DNA of 64,000 nucleotides from a virus (Duplodnaviria; Heunggongvirae; Uroviricota; Caudoviricetes): IMG/VR virus record IMGVR_UViG_3300037067_007156, positions 493,519 to 557,518 of that record; one strand, 5' to 3'. Shown piece by piece: positions 33,950 to 42,403 of this stretch (position 1 is its first letter; each line of letters starts with the position of its first letter). The notes under the pieces were generated by a model. It saw only the letters and a program-made list of their open reading frames with translations, ran no database searches and was not told where the DNA came from. The position numbers and the translations under genes were made by a program.

Positions 33950-34231
33950 CTTTAAATCAGCCATTTATGGTTGAAGTTCTTTGACATGTTGGTTGAAGGT
34001 TTTTAAAATTTTCTGAAAGTAATCATGAAAATATGGTGAAATTTGAGATGAAACCTAATATGAAAGTAAGTATGACTTACAAGTGTAACGCACATTTTCG
34101 ATTCAGAAAAAACCGTGAGCCGAGGAAGGGTTGGACAGGCACTATGTGAGAAGTATTTATGAGTATGATTAGTTAGTAATTGATAAAAGTATCTGGATGA
34201 ATAGTGGTTATGAGTAAGCATATGGGTAAAC

Positions 34232-34315
34232 TCACTTATAGTGTGAATGGTAGCACAAGGGAACATCGTGAATGTGCCTAATTCCTGAGTCCGAGTTCGA
34301 ATCTCGGTGGGTGAG
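34232..34315 (+). tRNA. tRNA-like gene with enlarged anticodon arm, identity unclear
   Basis: acceptor TCACTTA/TGGGTGA, D arm GTGT/GCAC, T arm CCGAG-TTCGAAT-CTCGG; 19-nt loop between AGGGA and TTCCT. Confidence 0.6.
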
Positions 34316-34332
34316 GTGACCATATGTAAAAA

Positions 34333-34406
34333 GGGTGTGTAGCTGAGATGGTACAAGCGTATGGCCGAAGACCATAAGTAGATTGGCTCGAAACCAATAA
34401 CACCCA
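34333..34406 (+). tRNA. tRNA-Phe(GAA), atypical
   Basis: TATGG-CCGAAGA-CCATA; C33, T loop CTCGAAA, one acceptor mismatch. Confidence 0.75.
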
Positions 34407-34412
34407 CTTTAT

Positions 34413-34484
34413 TTCCCCGTAGCTTAGTTGATAAAGCTATGATTCTTAATCATAAGACCACTGGTTTGAATCCAGTCGGGGGAA
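34413..34484 (+). tRNA. tRNA-Lys(CUU)
   Basis: TTCCCCG/CGGGGGA, TATGA-TTCTTAA-TCATA. Confidence 0.82.
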
Positions 34485-34487
34485 CTC

Positions 34488-34558
34488 GTCCTCATAGTTA
34501 AATGGTATAACCTTACTCTTTTAAAGTAGAATTCCGAGTCCGATTCTCGGTGGGGACA
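34488..34558 (+). tRNA. tRNA-Lys(UUU)
   Basis: GTCCTCA/TGGGGAC, TTACT-CTTTTAA-AGTAG. Confidence 0.88.
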
Positions 34559-34607
34559 CTTTTAGACCCAATTAATATAAATATATAATCATAAATAAAA
34601 AATATTT

Positions 34608-35459
34608 ATGAAAAAGTGGGAATTATGGGAAGAAAAATTTTTAAAAAGTTATTATCCTTTATATGGTTTGACATTTTGTTCTATGACTTTAGAAAGAAAT
34701 AAAAAAAGTATAAATGAAAAACGTATTAAATTAAATTTAAAATATGCAGATGATGACTTAAAAATAAATAATAATTTTATTTATGATAAAAATAATTTAA
34801 AAGTAATTGTAAAACAATCTAATACATTTTCAGAATGTTGTGATAAATTGAATATACATAAAACTGGTGCATCATATTCGATAATTAAAAAATATTGTAA
34901 TATATATAATGTAGATTATACACATTTTACATATAAACACAAAATTCACACAAAAATATCTTTAAATGATATATTAATTGAAAATTCAACATATAGTAGT
35001 ACTTCAAATTTAAAAAACCGACTTTATAAAGAAGGAATCAAAGAAAGAAAATGTGAATTGTGTGGACAAAATGAGAGATGGAAAGATAAACATATGAGTT
35101 TAATACTTGACCACATTAATGGGAATAATAAAGATAATAGATTAGAGAATCTTAGAATTGTTTGTCCTAACTGTAATGCTACTTTAGAAACTCATTGTAA
35201 AGGTTATAAAAGATTGAAAAAAGAAAATGATGATAAAATATGTTCTTGTGGCAATCCCAAATCAAAAGAATCGAAATGTTGTTTAGATTGTCATAATAAA
35301 ACCATTTCTTTTAAACAAAGAAAAGTGACACGACCACCTTATGAACAACTTCTTGATGAAATAAAAAATTCATCATATGTTCAAGTTGGTAAAAAATATA
35401 ATGTTTCAGATAATGCAATCAGAAAGTGGGTTAAATATTATGAAAAACAAAATATTTAA
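34608..35459 (+). CDS. HNH homing endonuclease with C-terminal HTH
   Basis: CELCG...LDHINGNNKDNRLENLRIVCPNCNA; VGKKYNVSDNAIRKW. Confidence 0.9.
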   Translation: MKKWELWEEKFLKSYYPLYGLTFCSMTLERNKKSINEKRIKLNLKYADDDLKINNNFIYDKNNLKVIVKQSNTFSECCDKLNIHKTGASYSIIKKYCNIYNVDYTHFTYKHKIHTKISLNDILIENSTYSSTSNLKNRLYKEGIKERKCELCGQNERWKDKHMSLILDHINGNNKDNRLENLRIVCPNCNATLETHCKGYKRLKKENDDKICSCGNPKSKESKCCLDCHNKTISFKQRKVTRPPYEQLLDEIKNSSYVQVGKKYNVSDNAIRKWVKYYEKQNI

Positions 35460-36009
35460 ATTATTTTTACACAAAATAAAAATATGGAAAAGACAATAAC
35501 CAAAATGATTTGTGATTTATTTTTACAAACGTTTGAAGATAGAAATATAAAATTTTTTGTTAATCTAACGGATGATGCAATGATGTTTATCCGTAAAGAA
35601 GAAGATTGCACATTAATCGTGATGCAGGTTGGTGTACCAGATAAAATTATAAAAAAAGAAGCATATTTTTATAATGATAGTGAAATAATAAATTATGATA
35701 CTCGCCAGTTAATATCAGAAGATTTATTAATCAATAAAATCATGGATTATTATAATGAGTATTTTTAAAATATTGATATTTATATGATGATATTCGAATT
35801 AACACCTGAAGAAGAAACGAAAGTTAAAAAGTGGCAGAATAAACAAAAGAAAAAAGACCCAACGACTTTTTTAGTAGGTGAAAGATGGATGTATTCATTT
35901 ACACCAACAGGATTGGGGACACTCAAATCTATTCATGATAATTTATTGAATGAAGATTTCGAAATAACTGGTACTAAAGATTGGTAAATAAATTTTAATA
36001 TATATTCTC

Positions 36010-36432
36010 ATGAAACTTAGATATATTAAAACAATAAACGAGTGGGTCGGAAATAATACCGATATAATTACAGAAACCATTTTACAATTAATTGAACAAT
36101 ATAAGTCAGTTGGTTTAGATTGTTCGGATATCAATGCTGGTGCGTGTATGGAATTCGCTGAAGAATTATACACATCCTTAAAAAATCAAAACATTATAGT
36201 AGAAATATTAAGTGATGGTTTGTTTTATGACCCATATAACGATGAATCCACAGAAATGATGTTGAATCCAAGAGATTATGGTAATAAACCAGACAATTTC
36301 GAAAAAATAGGATTACCAAGTCATTATTGGATTTATTATAAAGGAACACATTATGATTGTGATGTTCCTTATGGTGTTGATGATATGTTTGAAATACCAG
36401 TAATTAAGAGCTTTTATTTAAAATCTAATTAA
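36010..36432 (+). CDS. putative head protein with papain/transglutaminase-like triad
   Basis: YIKTINEW start; INAGACMEFA, HYWI, HYD; TAATATATA 35996-36004. Confidence 0.5.
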   Translation: MKLRYIKTINEWVGNNTDIITETILQLIEQYKSVGLDCSDINAGACMEFAEELYTSLKNQNIIVEILSDGLFYDPYNDESTEMMLNPRDYGNKPDNFEKIGLPSHYWIYYKGTHYDCDVPYGVDDMFEIPVIKSFYLKSN

Positions 36433-36496
36433 TATTATCCGTAATTTTTTTTATAATTTTTCTTTTATTATTTTTGACTCATAAATTAGTTCAGAT

Positions 36497-37261
36497 ATGA
36501 GGAATAAAATATTAAGAAATAACATATTGAAACCAGCAAAAACAATAGAAGCTGATTTTTTAAATATAGGGTTGTTACCTCATGAACAATTATGTGATGT
36601 CGAATTTGATAAAATTGAGGAATATTTTTTTGATTATTTTGATTTAACAACAAATCATAACCAATTCGATTTTGATACATTTGAAAAATATATTCAGGTT
36701 CAGAACTTTTTCCCCCATTTAGTTGGTAAAGATGTTGGAAGTGGTTCTTGGGTGAAAGTTAAATCCGATATAGGGTATAATGTTTACTGGGCTAAAAAGT
36801 CGAATAAAAGGATATCAGTTGAACTACTACAACGTAAATTAACTGGTATAACTAAGATAAACAAAAATGATAGTTCAGATGTTTTGAAAGATAAACTTGA
36901 AGTCATAAAAACAATAAAAAAAGAAATCGATTTGTTTAGTTATCTTTTAACATTACCTTTTGAAATGCAATTTGTTAAAATATTGAAAGGTAAAAACAAT
37001 TTTGATTATATATTACCAAGTGATTTTGATATGGTTGAAGATGTTACTATATACACTGATGCAATAATGGATGGTATGAATGGTGGAGCTGTAAAAGCAA
37101 AGGAACATTTCACCAGTGCTGATGAAGATAAAGTGTTTTACTTACAATCCAGAGGTATCAGCAGGGAAATAGCTGTTATGATGGTGAAGTTACAACATTG
37201 TCATTTTATTATTGATTCTCAAAAATTGTTTGCTAATTGGATGCAACCTGTAAAAAAATAA
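36497..37261 (+). CDS. protein with SufB/SufD-like C-terminal helices
   Basis: DEDKVFYLQSRGISREIAVMMV. Confidence 0.55.
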   Translation: MRNKILRNNILKPAKTIEADFLNIGLLPHEQLCDVEFDKIEEYFFDYFDLTTNHNQFDFDTFEKYIQVQNFFPHLVGKDVGSGSWVKVKSDIGYNVYWAKKSNKRISVELLQRKLTGITKINKNDSSDVLKDKLEVIKTIKKEIDLFSYLLTLPFEMQFVKILKGKNNFDYILPSDFDMVEDVTIYTDAIMDGMNGGAVKAKEHFTSADEDKVFYLQSRGISREIAVMMVKLQHCHFIIDSQKLFANWMQPVKK

Positions 37262-37561
37262 AAATATGAAATTCAATTTTTTAAGAAGGTCGAAAAGAGT
37301 TATAGTTGATAACAAACCTAAATTAGAATTAATTGTTGATGTTCTTACGATAGAACAAAGATGTGTTGCAAGAGTGTGGTATAATTTACATAAAGAATAT
37401 ATTGATGAGATGGTAGCTAAAGTTGAAAAAACATATTTTCCTTCTTCATTCGAAGATAAAAATAATCCTGTGTTATGGAAAGGTGAGCATTGGAAGTGGT
37501 ATTTAAAATCTGGTTTATATTAAAATAATAATTTATATATTGTATAACTTAATTTATTGAT

Positions 37562-38245
37562 ATGGAAAATAGTAGATTATTTAATTTTCAAAGGTTTTAT
37601 TGTTTCGATTGTGATATCGTTTATTCGGTCGATGATTTAATGGATAAAGAAGACCACACTTGTCCTATTTGTGGTGCTGAACCGAGTAAGAAGTTTTTGA
37701 ATGACCTGACAATTGGTAATAAAGTAACGTTTATTGCCAAGAAAGAAATGTCAATTCCTAAGTATGATGTTTCTGCTAATTTAAAACATGTTGAATCTAA
37801 GATTCCTTTATCTTTTCAGAAAAACCAAAGTATATTTGGATATGTAAACAACGTGTTCTTTGATAAAGAAAAAGGTGGAACTTGTGTTGAATTATCACTT
37901 GGTCGTCTTGGATTTACTGTTATTTCACTTTTGGATTTTTACATGGATAAAGATTACTTAAAAAGTACACCTTCGAATACTCAGCCGTATAAAAAGGATA
38001 CTTATCACGAACAACATTTTGTTTCATCTGATAATTTTACTCGTAATTTCAATTCGAATGTTCCGGTTAAAAACAATGTTCAAACTCAATATGAGTTAGA
38101 TACTGAGCGGTTCAGAGGATTCATTAATAAATATGATGCTGATAGTAAGGTAGATGTTTTACTTCTAACACTTAGAAGTCTCAACATTAAAGAAAAAAAC
38201 ATTTCTGAAATCATAGGCATCGTGAATAAAGATTTGGGATTTTAG
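37562..38245 (+). CDS. zinc-ribbon hypothetical protein
   Basis: CFDC...CPICG at N-terminus. Confidence 0.65.
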   Translation: MENSRLFNFQRFYCFDCDIVYSVDDLMDKEDHTCPICGAEPSKKFLNDLTIGNKVTFIAKKEMSIPKYDVSANLKHVESKIPLSFQKNQSIFGYVNNVFFDKEKGGTCVELSLGRLGFTVISLLDFYMDKDYLKSTPSNTQPYKKDTYHEQHFVSSDNFTRNFNSNVPVKNNVQTQYELDTERFRGFINKYDADSKVDVLLLTLRSLNIKEKNISEIIGIVNKDLGF

Positions 38246-38268
38246 ATTATAATTTCATATTATATTTT

Positions 38269-38301
38269 AAAAACCTCGTTCTTATCCAACGAGGTTTTTT
38301 T
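38269..38301 (+). terminator. intrinsic terminator immediately before second tRNA group
   Basis: AAAAACCTCGTT-CTTATCC-AACGAGGTTTTTTT. Confidence 0.8.
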
Positions 38302-38303
38302 AT

Positions 38304-38376
38304 GTTCGTGTAGCTCAGTGGTTAGAGCAGAATCCTTATAAGATTCAGGTCGGTTGTTCGATTCAACCCACGAATA
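38304..38376 (+). tRNA. tRNA-Ile(UAU)
   Basis: GTTCGTG/CACGAAT, GAATC-CTTATAA-GATTC. Confidence 0.9.
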
Positions 38377-38382
38377 CTGTAT

Positions 38383-38454
38383 GCTCCCATAGTTTAATTG
38401 GAAAAATGTGACACTACGGATGTTTTGATTTTGGTTCAAATCCAAATGGGAGTA
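38383..38454 (+). tRNA. tRNA-Arg(ACG), weak D and anticodon stems
   Basis: GCTCCCA/TGGGAGT, loop CTACGGA, TTTGG-TTCAAAT-CCAAA. Confidence 0.75.
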
Positions 38455-38697
38455 CTTTTTTTAAAATAACTTTTTTAAAGAAAAAATAATATATAAGTTA
38501 TGAAAGAATTACATTATTACCCTAATTTAAAGGGTCAAAGGAAAAATGGTTGGTTCAGTGCATGGACTAAACCAAAAGGTAAATTCTGGAAACGGAATGC
38601 GAACAAGAAAGTAAGAAAACAAAATATCCCTGATGGTAAGTCATATAAGAAAACATGGGGTTGGTTCGAGTGGTGTTAAAAAATAAAAATATTTTTT

Positions 38698-39171
38698 ATG
38701 GGAATGTTCGATAGAGTTGTAATAAACATTGATAAATTACCATTGAGTCAATCGGAAAAACAATTGATGTATGACGCATCAAAAAATGATATTGAATTCG
38801 ATTTTCAAACAAAAGATTTTGAAAATGTTATGACTGAAATTTATATCACTGATGATGGTCTGTTGCAAATTAATGATTGGAAATTGGAAACTGTACCATT
38901 GGAAGAAAGACCACATTCAGGGGCAACTGGAATATTAAAATTAGCTGGAAGTTTAAAAAGAGTTGATGAACATTTAGTTACACAAGATGATTACACTGGT
39001 GTTGTCAATTTCTATACATATTTTGATAAAAAATGGTTTGAATTTAATGCAACGTTTATACATGGTAAATTAGAAAAAATTGAAAGAGTGTTTGAAGAAA
39101 ATGAAATCAAACGTAGAATAAGAAAAGAAAAAATGAATAATATATTTGGAGAGATGGGTGAGTTGGCTTAA
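38698..39171 (+). CDS. phage hypothetical protein with RxxK tag, 3' end overlapping tRNA-Ser
   Basis: MGMFD...FQTKDF; RRIRKEKMNNIF. Confidence 0.7.
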   Translation: MGMFDRVVINIDKLPLSQSEKQLMYDASKNDIEFDFQTKDFENVMTEIYITDDGLLQINDWKLETVPLEERPHSGATGILKLAGSLKRVDEHLVTQDDYTGVVNFYTYFDKKWFEFNATFIHGKLEKIERVFEENEIKRRIRKEKMNNIFGEMGELA

Positions 39172-39237
39172 ACCACTGGTTTGCTAAACCAGCGCACGGG
39201 GAAACCCGTGCCGAGGGTTCGAATCCCTCTCTCTCCG
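39148..39237 (+). tRNA. tRNA-Ser(GCU)
   Basis: GGAGAGA/TCTCTCC, CTGGT-TTGCTAA-ACCAG, long V arm. Confidence 0.95.
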
Positions 39238-39279
39238 CTTAAATAGGTAGTTGTTGATTTGCAATAAGACGATTACTTA

Positions 39280-39431
39280 GGATTCTGGCATGGATAACGC
39301 ACTGCCTTAATATTCAGTATAACAACGAGTGATTACGGATAAAATCGTAACGCCATAAGTTGTTGTCAGAGATATTGTAGACCGATGCAATACGGTTGGG
39401 GATGGTTAGTATGAGGCTAACACCAGAATCC
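39280..39431 (+). ncRNA. candidate multi-stem structured RNA
   Basis: closing helix GGATTCTGG/CCAGAATCC with internal hairpins; GC-richer non-coding segment. Confidence 0.5.
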
Positions 39432-39910
39432 ATTTTTCCTTCAACTAACAAAGTTGAAACCAACAGATTTCATTTTTAACATTCGTTCTTCTTCAATTGT
39501 CAAAAGTCTGAATTTTGTTTTAGAAACTGGTATATAAGGGTATTCCTCTAATAATAAAAAATTTTGGTATTCATCAATACTTATCATATGATATATTGTA
39601 TTATATTTTAATGCTTTGGTGTCTTCACCAAAATACAATACTAATGAATTAGGTTTTAATTTAAAGTCATAAAGTGGGGATAAGTATGGGTCATAATCCA
39701 ATCTTTTATTATCTAATGTTAAAAAACAGTCAGTGGTGAAAACATTACTTTTTTGATTTAATAAAACAATTTTTTTATAAGATTTATAGCCAACTTCAAC
39801 GATGTCACCAATATGGATAGATTCATTTGTAGATAAATCAATTGATAAAAACACCTTACTTTTAACAAATAATCGTTCTCTCATTTTTATTTAAATAAAA
39901 TCAAAAATAA

Positions 39911-40531
39911 TTATTTTCCATCAATAAAAAAATATTTATAAGATATTTCAAATGTAATTGTAAAAGCTAATAAATAAATCAAACCATCTAATAGTAAGAA
40001 AGGTGTCCAAGGATTATATAAAACCATAGCCAACATAATTAAAATTAACATTATCATTTTAGAAAAATGCCACAAATCGGTTATCCAAACTAAAAATGTT
40101 GAAGAACCAAAAAATTTCTCACCTTGTTTTATATCACCATTTTTCCATTTATTATCGTTAGCTAATGATGGATTGACCCAATCAAGTATTTTTTGGTTTT
40201 TAAAATTATTAAAAATTGATGTACCATATCTCGTTTTCAATACATCCATGATAGCATTAAAGAAACCAGCTATTGTTAACAATATAAAAGATATCATTTA
40301 TTTAGTTTGATTTTTTTCTCTTCTATTTAATATTGGGTTTATAATCCATGCGTAGGTGAATAATACTATCGTTGTTAATATTAAGTATATTACAAAAGGT
40401 ATCATTATATATTTGATTATAATTAAACCAGTGTAATAATATAATGTGTATAATAATGCGGATAATATAGCCGACCCGAATAATTTAATCATTCCATATT
40501 TTTCGAATACGATGTGGATAAAATTTTTCAT
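39911..40531 (-). other. two small membrane-protein genes (39911-40297, 40298-40531)
   Basis: multiple hydrophobic segments; AATATATA upstream. Confidence 0.6.
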
Positions 40532-40613
40532 GAGGTTTTTATTCTTATATATTTAAATTATATAAGGATTTATTTCAGTTTAATATTTAAATATATAAAA
40601 AGAAAAAGTATAT

Positions 40614-41024
40614 ATGAAAATAAATGCAACTGACACAACTCCTTATTTTGAGTTAAATGAAAAAAAAGGTATAATTGAGATATCTGGTATTTCAAAAGTT
40701 GTAGATGCTATGACGTTTTATAAACCTATTTTGGATGCTATCGGAATTTATATTAAAGAAGAACGTAAAGCTACTGTGATGAAAGTAGATTTAGAGTTTT
40801 TTAATACAGTTACTTCAAAAATTTTATTAGATTTGTTTCGTAAATTAGAAACTTTAAAGAGAATTTATGATATATCATTTGAAGTTGAGTGGTATTATGA
40901 AGAAGATGATGAAGGTATGAAAGAAGCTGGTGAAGATTATCAATCAATTTTAATGATACCGTTCAAGTTTATTTCAAAAGAAATTAAAGAAACGAACATT
41001 GATAAGAAAAAAAAGAAAAAATAA
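40614..41024 (+). CDS. SiaC/DUF1987 family regulatory phosphoprotein
   Basis: TDTTP, ISGIS, FFNTVTSK, WYYEEDDEGMKEAGEDY. Confidence 0.85.
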   Translation: MKINATDTTPYFELNEKKGIIEISGISKVVDAMTFYKPILDAIGIYIKEERKATVMKVDLEFFNTVTSKILLDLFRKLETLKRIYDISFEVEWYYEEDDEGMKEAGEDYQSILMIPFKFISKEIKETNIDKKKKKK

Positions 41025-41095
41025 TTATGAAAACATATTTAAAAATTAAAAAGAATTGGGGGAGCGTGATGATGTAAAAAAATAATTTATAACAT

Positions 41096-41327
41096 ATGTC
41101 ACGTTCATACAGAAAAACCCCCCAGAATGGGTATTGCAGGTGTATCCGAAAAAGAAGATAAAAAAATGTGTCATCGAATGTTTCGTGCAAGAGTAAGAAA
41201 CTTGATGAATCAAGAAAATTATGACAGGTTACCTTTTAGGATGAGAGAAGTTTTAGAAACTTGGTCAATGTCAAAAGATGGTAAGTTTTACTGGAAAGAT
41301 GCTCCAGCTTACGCAATGAGGAAATAA
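41096..41327 (+). pseudogene. small basic protein with frameshift in C6 tract
   Basis: MSRSYRKTP joins RMGIAGVSEKEDKK if one C of 41118-41123 is removed. Confidence 0.55.
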
Positions 41328-41378
41328 CAATTTCCTCATTTTTTTTAAACAAAAAATTATTTTTTGGATATAAACTAT

Positions 41379-41813
41379 ATGTTAATAGATATAGTGATAT
41401 TTGGAAAAACAATATATTTAAGTGAAATTTTAACAAGAAATTCTTTTTCTCGTATTAAAAAACAATTAATAAATAAAGAAATTCTGGGGTGTGTTGATTT
41501 AGATGTAAATCCGATATTTGATTCAGTAAATATATCTAAAATTTCCCACAAAATTGTGATTAAGAAAATTACAAAATATGGTATCATTGGTGAACTTACA
41601 ATATTAAACACTGAGCGTGGTAATATGTTAAAAGAAATGATGGCTTCTTCTGAAGTAATATTTAAACCTATATTAAAAGGTGGATTTAGTATGTGGAAAG
41701 AGTTTTATGTTAAAGATATAATGTATATTCACGCACATCCGGTTAAATACTCTATAAAAGAAATTAGAATTAAAAAATTAAATAATATCTTTGGTGAAAA
41801 TTTATTAAAGTAA
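41379..41813 (+). CDS. degenerate prohead-protease-like protein with RxxK tag
   Basis: ILGCVD...VNISKISH...GELTILNTERGNMLK; ends EIRIKKLNNIFG. Confidence 0.5.
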   Translation: MLIDIVIFGKTIYLSEILTRNSFSRIKKQLINKEILGCVDLDVNPIFDSVNISKISHKIVIKKITKYGIIGELTILNTERGNMLKEMMASSEVIFKPILKGGFSMWKEFYVKDIMYIHAHPVKYSIKEIRIKKLNNIFGENLLK

Positions 41814-42403
41814 AAATTTATTATAAAACTATGTGAGGTCAATTGTGAATTTTTTAGTAGAAACTTAAATAATTGATATTTATGAAAAATAAAAATGATA
41901 TAAAAAAAGAAGTTGTAAAAGAACTAAAACCAATTTATGATGAGCTGTTTGAACCGATTAATTTTCAAACAGAAGGTAGTTTAGAAGATACATATTATTA
42001 TATGTCCCTGCCAAATGTTATGAAAATATTAGAAGAATGTTTTGACAGAACTTATGATAAAACAATATCATAAATTATCAATTAAACAACTATATTTGTT
42101 TCATATTTTTAAAAATGGATATTCTGGCATATTTAAATAAACATTACCCACATTTTAATTTTTCGATTAGTGTGTTAATTACATCATCAATAAAAATATG
42201 CACTAAAGAAACGTGTGATTTAGATGGAAGTTATTTTAAAAATGTACCAAAAAAAATATATTATATTCATTGTCCAGAAAATTATTTATTTTTTCAGGTT
42301 ATAAATAAAACAGTTCCACCTGATATGATGAATTATTACATATCAGAAACAGAACGCATTTTAAAATATGAAATAAGAAAACTAAAAATAAAAAAACTAT
42401 ATA

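Noticed and set aside
34232-34315. Amber suppressor tRNA (CTA in loop) and TAG recoding
   Set aside because: CTA is not centred in a 7-nt loop, long genes are intact in code 11, and several ORFs end cleanly at TAG.
34003-34407. Minus-strand ORFs over tRNA regions (also 32993-33393, 38260-38445)
   Set aside because: Antisense shadows of tRNA genes and the leader.
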